Origin: Carcharhinus longimanus | Taxonomy: Eukaryota | Direction: 5' to 3' | DNA: 64,000 bases | Assembly: GCA_030264375.1 (NCBI GenBank) | Contig: JASCQW010000112.1 | Location: forward strand, 38,643,420 to 38,707,419 | Shown: in pieces, positions 37,863-50,525 of the stretch | Position numbering within the stretch: the stretch's first letter is position 1 | Layout: each line of letters opens with the position of its first letter | Made by a program: the position numbers and the translations under genes | The notes under the pieces: model-generated | What the model was told of the DNA's origin: nothing | The model's input: only the letters and a program-made list of their open reading frames with translations | Database searches by the model: none

Positions 37863-39853
37863 TTTTTATTAATATTGTTTGGAAGGTGCATTCAACTGGT
37901 ACCTGTTTATTTCCTTTCCTTGAAGAGGCCAGATTTATCTTGAAGGAAATGAGAAACTTTCTCTTTTAAAAATTGGATACAGCTTTGATTTAATATCTTT
38001 TGCAGAACATGACTACAAATAAAATTATTAAAACAAATGTTATCTAGTACAAGAAAGCTCTACACTAATATGTATTCACTCATGCAGCTTGAGCTCTGTA
38101 CATGCCTTTGCAGGGATGCTTTGGGCTGCATTTTGTGGCCAGATTGAAAGCAATGGTGCCAGCTGCTGACACCCAAAAACAACTGTCCACAAAGATCCAG
38201 TAATCCCCAAAATATAGTTTTCCCCTTTCCTTTCTGTGCAGAAAGTGCTATCTGCAAGCCGGAGAAGCAGCCAATCGCATGCAAGTATTATCACAGACGA
38301 CGAATTGGCCTGTTAAAGTTATTGCTTGTACTTTTAAAATTTCAGATAGTGAAACAAATTCTGATTAGATTAAGATAACAGGTAAAACACACACAATTTA
38401 AGAAAATGTTGTGATTTTTATTAAAAGGAATCTGATATTCCACAAATATGAATTAGCTCTTTAGAGCAAGTGAGGATGTTAACAGTCATCATCAAGTTAG
38501 TATGCTGTTTTTTAAAGTTATATCTCATTAAATAAGGTGTACCTTTTTAGTTTTTTTTTGTCAGTGAGACTGACAGTGTAAAAGTTAACGTTTTGAATCC
38601 ACTTAGGGATTACACTCTAGGTGACCTCAACACTGCACTCTTTGGAAGAATTTAGAATCGTTGACAAGAACTTATGCATTTTGGTTATTCTGCGCATGTG
38701 CAGACTCCAGGAGCATTTGCTATCATTCTCATTAGAGGAATGCCACAGATACTGACAGTTTTGCCATCAGCACCATTGTAAAATGTAGGCCAATATTTAA
38801 TATGCAGCAATGAATGTGCTGTGACATCACTCACAGGATGATGGGGTTAGGCTGATAGAAAACAACACATGGCATTATACCACATGGAAAAACAAATAGA
38901 ATATTTTCTGAGGAACCAATGCAAATATGTCACATGATTGGAGGGGGGATTTATCGTTTCAAGGCTGTGAAAGGAGAGAGTTGAATTTCAGAAATGAACT
39001 GATAAAAATGTGATATTCGGCTTTTTCTCATCCCTGTTCTGCCCAACCTGTTTTACTCACAATAACTGCCCCTCCTATGACTACCAATCTCTATTAAAAT
39101 GTGTTCAGAGCCTCTCGTCACTTTCCCACACCCAACAGTAAAATGTTACTGAACCAAGAAGCTCCGTTGAGTCTGTGCTGGTATTTTTCTCCACATCAGC
39201 CCCAAGTTTAATCTGTTTTTCTCCACATTAGCCCTGAGTTGATCTCTTATTCCTGCTTATTCTGCATTCCCTTTTAATATCTGTGTTTATTAAGCAACAT
39301 AGCCTGCAACTTTTTAAACCTTCTAGAAATTGAGTTCTTGAAGCACGTTCACATTTTATGAATAATGTGTAATATGTATATGGTCACTGGTCCATTCACA
39401 TAGATCATTAAGGTCATTATGTTTTGGTGAATTTTTCTTTACACACCTGATTTCACTGTACAGCCTGCTTGCATAGTGCCTACAGAAGGAATTCATTGAC
39501 ACGAATGGGCGTAATGTTAGTGTGGGGGTGGGGGCACTTATGGCATTTTGGCAAGGGAGCAAATTCTACCCACTGATGGATGAGGTTTATACACCTGCAC
39601 TCTAGAATAGTTTAAAATGTCCACAGCTGACACATTTATTTGATTGATCCACAAGTGAATCAATAACTTTTCTTCCAAGTTCGACCTCGCCTGCAAAGTG
39701 TTTTTTTTAGTGTTTTCAGTTGTTCAACAGATATATTCAAGCTTGCACTTTTTTTGGTAGCTTGAAGCTGGTTTTATGGAGGCCTGTGAAATATCAAGAA
39801 TCAAGGTTCCCCTGAAAGAGGAAATATAAAGTAACTCACTAAGTTATTATGGA

Positions 39854-40030
39854 TGTACCTATTAAGGTAAGGTGCAGAAGAACCACAAAGTCAGCTTCTT
39901 AACTTGAACACTTTATTAAAGGTGTGCACTGTCCTACAGTCAGGACCTAGACTGCTTAACCAATTTCCACCCTGGGGCAAACTAGCCCCACCTCAAGGGT
40001 CACATGACCCACACGCCCAAATCTCCAACA
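39854..40030 (-). mobile_element. Probable solo LTR
   Basis: Minus strand reads TGTTGG...AATAAA...TACA, ~180 bp. No clear target-site duplication. Confidence 0.45.
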
Positions 40031-40253
40031 TACATAAGTAACAAAAGTATTTTTGACTTGTTACAGATAATTCTTTAGCCAACTGGAACATTTTCCACCC
40101 TATAAATCAATCAAAAATCTTCAATGACTCCCTAGGTTTTTTTTTTGACTTATGGAGGCCTTTCACTGGCCTCAAATACTTTAATGGGCTGGATTGTGTN
40201 NNNNNNNNNNNNNNNNNNNNNNNNNNNNNNNNNNNNNNNNNNNNNNNNNNNNN

Positions 40254-41345
40254 CTAGTGACTGCCGAGGTATGGGCAGACCCCGTCGGAGGTCCAGAGGC
40301 ACCTAGGCCACTTCCAGCTTTTCAGGTACCTAGCCACAATAAAACAAATGCATGAAAACAAGACAGGGCCCAAAGAAAATTAGACTATTTGAATATTTGA
40401 TTTGATTTAACAGATGTTTTTCTGTGCAAATGCACTAATTGTGGAGAAATCTAGCTTTCGTGTAATGTCACAGTTGATATTAAGCATGATGAGACTATTC
40501 AAACACTCTTGTCTCATTGTTGAATGGCAATAGTTCTTTACCCATTTCAGCATGTTGAAAATGCACTCACCTGAAGCCAGTGCTGGAGGTAAACTGATAA
40601 AAACACGCAAAACAATTGTGATATTAGAAAACATCCCAGACAGTCCAAGCTCGTTTGTTTCTTGAAGCAATTCCTTTGGCTTGCAGTTCAGAGAGCATTT
40701 TAATTTGAGGGAATTTATGTTAAAACTATCCATTATAGAGTTACTGTGAACAAATAGTGTAACAACTTCAACTGTGTGCTAGCTCTACTGCCACAACATA
40801 TGCCTATTTGTGACACAAAAATAAAACTTTAAAATACCTCCCACCACCTCACCAGCCTCCCCTCCACCTCAATCCCATCTTCACACGTGTCCTGGACCCT
40901 CCCTGATCCTGGCTGTCCCTGTACATTGCCATCGCTTCTCATTGTGCTGCCTTCAATGGCGAGCTGCCAGCCTCTGGCTGGCATTTTTCTGGGTGTGGGA
41001 TTTAGTGCCTCATTGGCATTCAGTATGGTGGATGTCCTCAAAGAAGGTGATGTGGGGTGGCATAGTGGCACAGTGGCTAGCGCTGCTGCCTCAAAGTGCC
41101 AGGGACCAGGAATCAATTCCAGGATTGAGTGATTACTCCCTCCTTCACATGCCAGTGGGATAGACTGCACAGACACTGCCTGCTGTACAATACGGAACAG
41201 GAAAACTTACTTTCTTTTCCCATGGTGCATAAAAACAAGTCACGAAACTTATCAAACGCCAAAAAATTAAAAAGTGTCCAAATTTGAGGCCCCTTTTGAG
41301 TTTGAGGTCCAGGCCAAAGGGGCCTCCCGCCCCCTGCCTAGATGT
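40254..41345 (-). mobile_element. Internally deleted hAT DNA transposon remnant
   Basis: ORF 40407-40733 encodes a hAT C-terminal dimerisation domain (FSNI..LRVFISLP..ASGECIF..LK.VKNY..STM.QE.LN.L.ML.I). GC-rich subterminal repeats (tttgaggcccc / tttgaggtccagg). Left end runs into a gap. Confidence 0.8.
40802..41134 (+). repeat. Direct-repeat copy of 43212-43537
   Basis: Colinear match over ~330 bp from gcctatttgtgaca to ttgagtgatt. Confidence 0.92.
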
Positions 41346-42199
41346 GGATTTCCTCTTCCTCCCTTAGTTTGAGCCTGGTGCAAAGTTAAGGCAATCTCCT
41401 GATGTCCAGTAACAGTGTTGGCAGCTAATAGCATTGAAGCATTCTCACAGACAACAAACCAGGAAGTATAAATCACTGAATCTCTTCACTTTTAAATTTA
41501 ATAGGTAGTGAAATAAACAATTGGGACACACCTACGATTGGACCTAAAATATAACAAACTGTAAAAACAAATTAAAATAATAGAGACAATTGATATTCAA
41601 CAAATATAAATTCTTCTTTTCAGGGCAAGTGAAGATCTTTAGCAGTAACTAGAAACTTAGTACAACATCAAAAACTCAGTTATTCAACAAGGTGTATCTT
41701 TTTTAAAAGGTTTTTAACGATACTAAGGAAATAGAGTATAAGTTGTCTTCAGTTTGCTGATTTCTAATTGCCTTCAGAGGGTGCCCTGCTTTCATCCCTC
41801 TAGTGAAATGTAAAATTGCTGTTAGCAACCTCTAGCTTTCCGTATTGAACTTTGTATGTGAGCACTCTAGAAGTTGCTGACGGTTTCAGAGTAGCGATGA
41901 TGGCAAATGCTGCCAGTTTCATCATCACTACTACCACAAAAAAGTGCTTTCAGCCCAGTGCATACATACTTGAAACTTATTTTCTCTGTGAGGATCTGTT
42001 TTTGTGCTTTCATACCATGCCTGCGTGTCAGCCCAGTGAGCAATGCTATATAAACACTGCATTGTAAGTGTACTTTTTCAAAATACATTTCAGTCTTTTC
42101 GACACAAGGTGGTGCTGCTGCTCCTCAAAACTCTGAGGTCCATTCCTTCGGATACTAAGTACTGTATAGAAGTTTTATTTATGGGCCTAGGACATATGC

Positions 42200-42930
42200 T
42201 GAGGAACTCCTTGCTGTGATGTCCTGGAGATGAGATTGTGGGAAAATTTCACTCCACATGTTGCTCTTCATTACTCCATTTTCATCCAGCTGAAATGAAA
42301 CAAATCAAAACTTAACCATGGGATAAAATCTCACGTTTATAACATATCTCAGGAAAACTGTCACCTTTTGAGTAAATCATGTTACCTGTGTAACTGTCTT
42401 ATTGATTGCACTGCCTTTGGTGGATTGTCATCCATTTGAAATAAACTGGAGTTCTAATTGTATCCTAGCAACTGCAGTTTTGTCTTACTCCAGCTGATCT
42501 GAAGTTGAAGTCTAGCTGCATGTTGGCCATGAATTTGTAGAGCTCTGGTGAGGCTGTCCACACCTTCAGTCATCTGTAAATTTCAGATTTTGTCTACATA
42601 CTGTCATTGCCTAGCTGGTCCCATATCCATTATTTAATATTGTTGTCTTCAAGTCAAACTCAACACCTGATAGGAATAAGGTGGGGACGAGAACTCAGCC
42701 CTGACACACTCCTAGATTAAAGTTGTAAAGTTCAGAAGGCTTTCCATCAACACACACCCACACTGCTTATGTGGGCATAAACCTCTCTGATTCATGCTAT
42801 GATAGCAGTATGAATATCTGGAAATTGTAATTGGGCCCATAGACATTTTGTAGTCAGAGTTAAAAGCTTTTTTGACAATTACTGGCGTATTGGTGTTGTA
42901 TGGATGCCACTTACCATGGTGTAAACATCC
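42200..42930 (-). mobile_element. RTE-clade LINE RT fragment
   Basis: Minus strand GVCQG*VLVPTLF motif near 42680-42715 plus other decayed RT motifs. Confidence 0.6.
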
Positions 42931-43458
42931 TTATAGACTACCAATGAGGCACTGAAATGGCCAGCGTTGGGCCTTTCCCAGGATCAAGCGCCCTGGAGGG
43001 GAGCCCCCAGTCTGAGTTGGTTATATTTTTAGATGTTGTACAGGGAGGAGGGTGTTTCTCAGATGGAGGTGAAAGGGCTCATGGCTCTCTTCTTGCTGTA
43101 TGGAAAGTGTGCCCGCCCTCCAAGGTGAGTTTGGGATTTAATCAGGTAGGAAGGTGCCAGCCAGGGATCCCACTTCTGCCAGTGAGAACCTTCATTGAAG
43201 TGTTAATGTAAGCCTATTTGTGACAAATAAATAAAACTTTAAAATTCCTCTCACCACCCCACCAGCCTCGCCTTCATCTCAATCCCATCTTCACACATGT
43301 CCTGGGTCCGTCCCTGATCCCGGCTCTCTCTGTACATTGCCATCACTCCTCATTGTGCTGCCCTCAATGGAGAGTTGCCAGCCTCCGATTGCCCAGCATT
43401 TCTCTGGGCGTGGGATTTAGTGCCTCATTGGCACTGTGTGGCAGATGTCCCCAAAGCA

Positions 43459-43786
43459 GGTGGCATAATGGCTCAATGGCTAGCGCTGCTGCCTCACAGT
43501 GCCAGGGACCAGGATTCAATTCTGGCATTGAGTGATTTTGTGGAGTTTGCACATTCTCCTTGTGTCTGCATGGGTTCCCTCCGGGTGCTCCGGTTTCTTC
43601 CTACACTCCAAAAATGTGCAAGTTAGGTTGATTGGCCATGCTAAGTTGCCCCCCTCATGTCCCAAGATGTGTAGTTTAGAGGGGGGTTACGGGCATGGGG
43701 TAGGCCTGGGTATGATCTGTCAGTGTCGGTACAGACTCAATGAGCTGAATGGCCTCCCTCTGCACAGTTGGGATTCTGTGATTCTA
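43459..43786 (+). mobile_element. HE1-type V-SINE, full length
   Basis: tRNA-like head, V core, CR1-like tail ending gattctgtgattcta. Confidence 0.9.
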
Positions 43787-44519
43787 ACGGACGTTGTTTT
43801 TCACTGGCTCTCCAGCTGATGGACAGGAACTCCATTGCCTGGATTAAATTCTACCCTTTGTTTCTACATCCCAAGGAAGAAAATCTCCTGCCTAATGATA
43901 TAATACTTCCTGACTTAACAGACTGCTGAATGCAGAATATACTGGGATGTGCAGAACAGTCATGGATCAGGAAGTGTAAGTGAAATCATTTAAAAACATA
44001 TGGAGCAAAAGCAACGTGACTGAAGGGGAAGTGAAGGGGAAACACTCGTCATGCAGACATGGTAAGAAATGGGGAAGTGCTTGTTAAATCAACAGGAAAT
44101 GAAGAAATGAGAAACTGATAGTGCTCGTTTGGGAGACCCCCCCACCCCGATTGCCTCAGACACAGAGGAAAGTTACAGATATTTTCTGCTCTAGGCAGCT
44201 ACAACTGAAGTATTTCTGTTGCTGCTGTTCTTAGCATTTTTCCGCAAATAAAAGTCAGTTTTATTTGACTGTCCCATGACTTTCGGACATGGGAATTCAT
44301 GTATGATCATCAGTCTGATGTAAAGATTAAAAAGTGTCCAAGTCAAAACTGTAGAAGCCTGATGATAATGTTCACCAAATAATGTACAAAGAGCCTTTAA
44401 ATGCATTCTCTTCAATAGTTAGAAAATATATATAAACATATGTACATAACACATACACTGTGAATATCCAGTATGCATGATGTAGAAATGTTTAGATCAT
44501 TAACTAGATTACAATGCAC

Positions 44520-44790
44520 TTGAGGTGAGAGGAGGAAAGTTCAGAGGTGGTATGAGGGGTAAATTTTTTACCCAGAGAGTGGTAAGTGTCTGGAACGCGC
44601 TGCCAGGGGTGGTCGTGGAGGCAGATATGATAGAGGTGTTTAAGGGGCATTTAAATAAGTACATGAATATGCAAGGACTAGAGGGATATGGACCAAGGGC
44701 AGGCAGAAGGGATTAATTTAATTTGGTGTTATGTTAGGCACAACACTGTGGGCCGAAGGGCCTGTTCCTGTGCTGTACTGTTCTATGTTG
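44520..44790 (+). mobile_element. CR1 3' end
   Basis: RGKFFTQRVVSVWNALP followed by gggccgaagggcctgttcctgtgctgtactgttctatgtt. Confidence 0.9.
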
Positions 44791-45384
44791 TAAATCATCT
44801 TTTAATAAAACATATGTTTCTCTACTGGAGGTTCTCTGTTAGTGTGGTATTGAAACCATTTGGCCTATAAAAGCTTTTCAACAGCCAAATGATATAATGT
44901 TTGCCTCGGAAATGTTCCCACAGCCAGCAGGGTCACATATGATATAGCTGCCATTGGTTCAAAGGCCCCTTCATTGGTCAGACAAACCACACTAAAGTTT
45001 TATTGAATTTTACTGAGCTTTTTATATACAAGTTTGGGAATGGGGGGGGTCATGCCTGTTGCCATGGCAACCTGTTACTAAGTTAAAGCTGTTTGTACTT
45101 TTAAACAGCAGGAGTCAGAAGGTTTAGCGAAAATGCCTTATTTTTATGTCTGATATTGAATGGGATCAATTGTTTGAAATTCTTGAGATTTAATCTCCAG
45201 CTGTGTGATTTGTGCTCAGTTATAAATATTGGGATTAATGGATGTTTTGAAGCCACTGATACAAATTTCTTCAACTATTCAGCTCAACATAGTCAATTTC
45301 ATGCATTTAACTCTTTAAGTGCTACATCTGGGCACTGTGATAAGCGCCAGCGACCAGTACCAAGTGCACTTATTTCATAGCCTT

Positions 45385-48300
45385 TGTAGCATGGGTGGGC
45401 ATGTGGATACTGGGATGATGTGGATACAGAAGGTGTTGGGAGCATGGGAGTCCTCCTGGAGTGCAGGCAGACATACAGCATGTAAGAACTGCTCAGTTGC
45501 TGTCAATAAATATCTATTGTTAGTCCCTGGTCGCCAGTTATTGGAACCCTGTAATTCTACGTGGTCTCAGGACTTGGTGAATGGCACAAAAAGTTTGCCA
45601 CACTGACCTACTCATGTCTGGTGAAAACTTTGCAGTCAACATGGCGGAATTCAAAAAGGAATGGTGTACCTACTGCAGTACCAGCCTAGCAGACAGATCA
45701 AAGAAGGTACAGATNNNNNNNNNNNNNNNNNNNNNNNNNNNNNNNNNNNNNNNNNNNNNNNNNNNNNNNNNNNNNNNNNNNNNNNNNNNNNNNNNNNNNN
45801 NNNNNNNNNNNNNNNNNNNNNNNNNNNNNNNNNNNNNNNNNNNNNNNNNNNNNNNNNNNNNNNNNNNNNNNNNNNNNNNNNNNNNNNNNNNNNNNNNNNN
45901 NNNNNNNNNNNNNNNNNNNNNNNNNNNNNNNNNNNNNNNNNNNNNNNNNNNNNNNNNNNNNNNNNNNNNNNNNNNNNNNNNNNNNNNNNNNNNNNNNNNN
46001 NNNNNNNNNNNNNNNNNNNNNNNNNNNNNNNNNNNNNNNNNNNNNNNNNNNNNNNNNNNNNNNNNNNNNNNNNNNNNNNNNNNNNNNNNNNNNNNNNNNN
46101 NNNNNNNNNNNNNNNNNNNNNNNNNNNNNNNNNNNNNNNNTCCTCCCACAGTCCAAAGATGTGCGGGTTAGGTTGATTGGCCTTGCTAAGAAATTGCCCC
46201 TTAGTGTCCAGGGATGCACAGGTTAGAGGGATTAGTGGTTTTAATATGTAGGGATATGGGGGTAGGGCCTGGGTGGGATTGTGTTCGGTGCAGACTCGAT
46301 GGGCCGAAGGGCCTCATTCTGCACTATAGGTTTCTATGATCCTATGATCAAACAGAACTCTTAGCTCCTTCAGTTCCACAGTACTTCAACATTCGAGCAC
46401 TGTAATCCCATCAGTGACGCCTCACAGTCTGGACTTGGAGCAGCCTGCATCCAGAATGGCAGACCAGTCGCCTTCACATCAAGGGCCCTCACTGGCAGTG
46501 AGACTTGTTATGCCTAAGTCAAGAAGGAACTCCTTGCCTGAGTCACTGGTGGCAGAAATTCCATGACTTCATTTCTGATTGTCCTGTAAATGTTGAAATT
46601 GATGATGAACCATATTGGACTATTCTTCAAATGCCTCTTCACACTACACCTGTGCAGCTGTACTTTGTTGAGGCTCTTTCCAGAGCCTTCCTACCTATTA
46701 TCAACCAGGAAGATCACGAGCAGGCTGACCATACAGGTCCTCTCAATTTGTTGAGTCAAAGGACGTAAGGATACCATACAGACGGATCCCACATGCAGGC
46801 AACTCCACAACATCATCATGATAGACTGGCCCAAATCGTCTTCCCCACGATTTCCACACATTCCTCTCTGTGCGAGGAACTAATGATACAGGATGGGTTG
46901 ATACAGCCTGATCAGTGATTCATCATCCCTACCTCTTTGCAGAGCTACTAAACCCAGCAACTCCACCAAAGGCACCCAGGGCTGGAGGCAATCAGATACA
47001 GGGCAAAGGAATCTCTAGACTGGCCATCGATGTATGTGGAGAGAGAAGTATACACGTGTGCACCATGTGATGCATTTAATCAAACCAAGGAATCACTGCA
47101 CCTACCTGAAGTCCTGGATCTTCAATGGTCATTCATGACAGTGATTTTTTTCAAATGTAGGGCTGAGCAGTACTTGATCCGAGTCAATTCATATTCTGGT
47201 TGGTTTGAAATTGACCACCCACCAGGCATGAAAGGCAACGTGGTTATAAGCAAAGTTCAAGAGACAATCACCACACACAGCATCCCCCACATAGTGTCTG
47301 ACAATGCTTGTCAGTTCATTTTCAGAGTTCAGGGACTTTGAGCACATCATGAGTAGTCCTCTGTGTCTGCAGACCAATGGCCTGGTGGAAAGGACGGTGC
47401 GTTAAGTCAAGCACCTGGTTGAGAAGTGTGCCTGAGACCACACATGGTCATGTTGCACTTCCCAGCCTGCAAGATATTCCCATCCAGGATCGGCCATTGG
47501 TCATGCAGGGCAAGTTCTCTAGGCATACCAGGACCATGATTCCTGATGCCAGGTCCCTCTTACAACCAAAGGCTGAAAACAAAGCAAGTGGTGTCCTTCT
47601 GAAAGGGAACACGGTGTTACAAATGAAATGCTCACACACTTTGTCCTCTAGAGTTCAGTGAAACAGTCAGATCCAGACCACATACAACCATGACAAACTG
47701 GCAATGATACACGGGTCATGTCATACAGCCAAACCGCTATGTGGTTTCCTCAGATGGTGCTCAGTATGTACAAAACTGGTGTCACCCACTACAGGTGTCT
47801 GAACCATCACCATCAGCCACCACGGTACCCCAGGCATCCAGTCTGCAATCCAAGCCCTGCACTCCAGTGCAAATGGAGGCCCCTGCAAGTCTTACAACCT
47901 CAGGGTACACCACAAGGTTGCCTGATGCCATTCACACTGAAAACACCAACCCGAGGGCATCTCAAGCACAGCTAACTGGTACAATCACACACTTAGTCTG
48001 TCAGAGCCAACAAGATCTGAGGTTTGAGGACTATGTGATGAATTAGTCTACGAATGTACTTAGTTTTAAAAAGGGGGAGAGGAACAAAATGGGCAAGATG
48101 TCAGCTCAGTAGCCCAATCAGTATTTTGCACCTTGAAAATAATTGTGTATTGTTAGCCCTGTTTAAGTTCATGTGTAAGTCATTTATTCTTTGTGACTGT
48201 TCTTCTACATTGTTACTCCTCAGTACCACAAGTTATTCCAACTTAAATGGGGAAGATGTAGTCCGGATGGTCAGGTGAATGTTGGGACGACATGGGTATG

Positions 48301-48423
48301 AAAGGAGTTATGTGTTGGGAGCGTGAGAATTCTCCTGGAGCACGGGCAGAGAAACAGCACGTAGGAGCTACTCAGTAACTGTTGTTAGCCCTGGTCACTG
48401 GTTATTGGAACCCAATGTTTATA
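45385..48423 (+). mobile_element. Decayed Gypsy/Ty3 LTR retrotransposon
   Basis: 5' LTR 45385-45561, PBS-like tggtctcaggac, RNase H (DASQSGLGA..QNGRPVAFTSRALT..ET.YA..KELLA), integrase HHCC and core (IVSDN..QF, SSP...QTNGLVERTV), PPT aaatggggaaga, 3' LTR 48257-48423. Confidence 0.88.
46141..46348 (+). mobile_element. HE1-type SINE 3' half nested in the Gypsy element
   Basis: tcctcccacagtccaaagatgtgcgggttagg...ctatgat tail. The 5' part lies in an N gap. Confidence 0.9.
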
Positions 48424-48643
48424 GACTACTAAAAAATAAACCAAAGGTTGCTCAGGTCAGCCTCACCAATCATCTAAAGCTGGCTTTTTGATGGAAAGAA
48501 GCGTTTGGAATGGTTTCCAACCAATGAAAAGCCAATTTTGCCAAATTTGCATAAATCTTCAAAACATATACTGGGGTCTAGGGCCAAAAACATTAGGTCA
48601 TGAATATGCAGTGACCGAACCCAGGGACAATGGATGACTATAG

Positions 48644-49043
48644 TAGAAAGCATAGAAACCCTACAGTACAGAAAGAGGCCATTCAGCCCATCAAGTCTGT
48701 ACCAACCACAATCCCACCCAGGTCCTATCCCCTTCTTCCTACATATTTACCCACTAATCCCTCTAACCGATGCATCTTAGGACACTAAGGGGCAATTTTT
48801 AGCATGGCCAATCAANNNNNNNNNNNNNNNNNNNNNNNNNNNNNNNNNNNNNNNNNNNNNNNNNNNNNNNNNNNNNNNNNNNNNNNNNNNNNNNNNNNNN
48901 NNNNNNNNNNNNNNNGAGGAAACCCATGCAGACACGAGAAGAATGTGCAAACTCCACACAGACAGTGACCCAATCCGGGAATCGAGCCCAGATCCCTGGA
49001 CTGTGAAGCAGCAACACTAACCACTGTGCTACCATGCCGCCCC
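48644..49043 (-). mobile_element. HE1-type V-SINE with internal gap
   Basis: Head ggcggcatggtagcacagtggttag and tail on the minus strand. Confidence 0.9.
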
Positions 49044-50059
49044 TGAGGGACGTAGACAATGTAAGTTACTCCTTGATTAGGAGTCAAAATGAGACACTGC
49101 ATGTAAGTGTTAGCATTAAAATATTGAGTATTTGATGTTTGAGTATCCTAGTTACTGAACACCAGCGGTTTTAGTATCTTTGATTTTTTTTTCCATAACA
49201 CCTGAAGGCTGAACACCTGGAGCTGAAAGTAGGAGGTGACTTGTCTTCAGTGGGTGATGGGAGCCAGGGAAGCATGTTCCAGCTGATGGTTGGAGAGGAA
49301 AGGGTTAAAATCAGATACTGATGTAACAGCTGATGTCACATGATTAAGTAACCGCGATCTTGAGGGAAGCACAAGTCAGTCTTGTGGAGAGTTACTGAGA
49401 TGTACACAGATCTGTAAATAAGCAAGAATGGTTTTATAAATCACACACTAATGTAGCTGTCTTAGAGAGACAGGAAAAACCTAAAGAAAGCATACCTGGA
49501 CCCCAAACAGTGGCCAGATGATTTGCTGCCATCCTAATTAAGTACAGCAGACCACCTCCGAGAATTGCCGATCCAATCAGAAGGCTGGAAACTTGGCAGC
49601 CTCAACAACGGTCACCTGAATTGGGGATCATTGCTTGGGCCACAGCTTCAGGGAGATGACACTTCACTGGTCAGGCACCCTTGAAGACGACTAAATGGTA
49701 CTGAGGGAATCAGGCTGGCACCAAAATCCAGAGTGGGGGTAGGGTTGTCATGCAAGGCAGCGCCATTGATGTGGGGTCTGCTGTTACCACCAGGAGACCT
49801 CTCTGTGGGTCACAGAGTGCCCAAAAAAAGAGATGCTCAAATAAAGAGGGCGCACACCCTGGGAACCCACTGGGAGGCCATTAGGTTTCACTGACAGCCA
49901 GTCTCCCCTATGTCTGCAAAGTGCCCGTGCAGGCAACAGGAGGCCCCTAATTCATCAGATACTTAAATGATTCAGTTAAATTGTGGGCAAGCAGATAACC
50001 TGTTAGTTTTAATATGACTGGGAAAGCAGCACGACAGCAGGAGAATGTTGGGCATCCCA

Positions 50060-50525
50060 GAATCACAGAATTTTATAGCCCAGAAAGAGGTCATTCAGCC
50101 CATCATGTCTACTTCAGTTCTCCAAGCAAGCATGATGACTTGGTGCCATTCCCCTGACCTTTATCCCCTGCACTTTCTCTCTGTTTAAATGATAATCTCC
50201 TGAATGCCTCGATCGAACCTGCGTCCGCTATACCTACAGTCAGCATGTTCCAGTCCCGAAAAACTCGCTGTGCGAAAGAGTTTTCTCACATCGCATTTGC
50301 TTCTTTTGGAAATCACTTTAAATCTGTGCCCTGTCATTCCTGATCCTTTTACGAGCAGGAACAGTTTCTCCCTATCTACTTGGTCTAACCCCTTCATGAT
50401 TTTGAACGTCTCTATCAAATCTCCTCTTAGCTTTCTTCTCTCCAAGGAGAACAGTCCCAACCTCTCCACTCTATCCTCATAGCTGAAGTTTCCCATTCCT
50501 GGAACCATTCTTGCCAAGTCCTCAC
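50060..50525 (-). mobile_element. CR1 3' fragment
   Basis: ORF 50185-50535: SYEDRVERLGLFSLERRKLRGDLIETFKIMKGLD. Confidence 0.9.

Noticed and set aside
39180-39250. Short two-copy tandem repeats (also 23634-23686 and 56150-56240)
   Set aside because: Ordinary slippage duplications, with no array or spacer structure.
40407-40733. Domesticated ZMYM1/ZBED-like gene
   Set aside because: Only the C-terminal fragment is present, the conserved ERxFS motif is degraded, and the upstream transposase is missing.
45581-46219. 159-196 aa ORFs
   Set aside because: Artefacts of translating through an N gap. The same applies to ORFs crossing the gaps at ~23.3, 27.8, 48.8, 55.6 and 60.0 kb.
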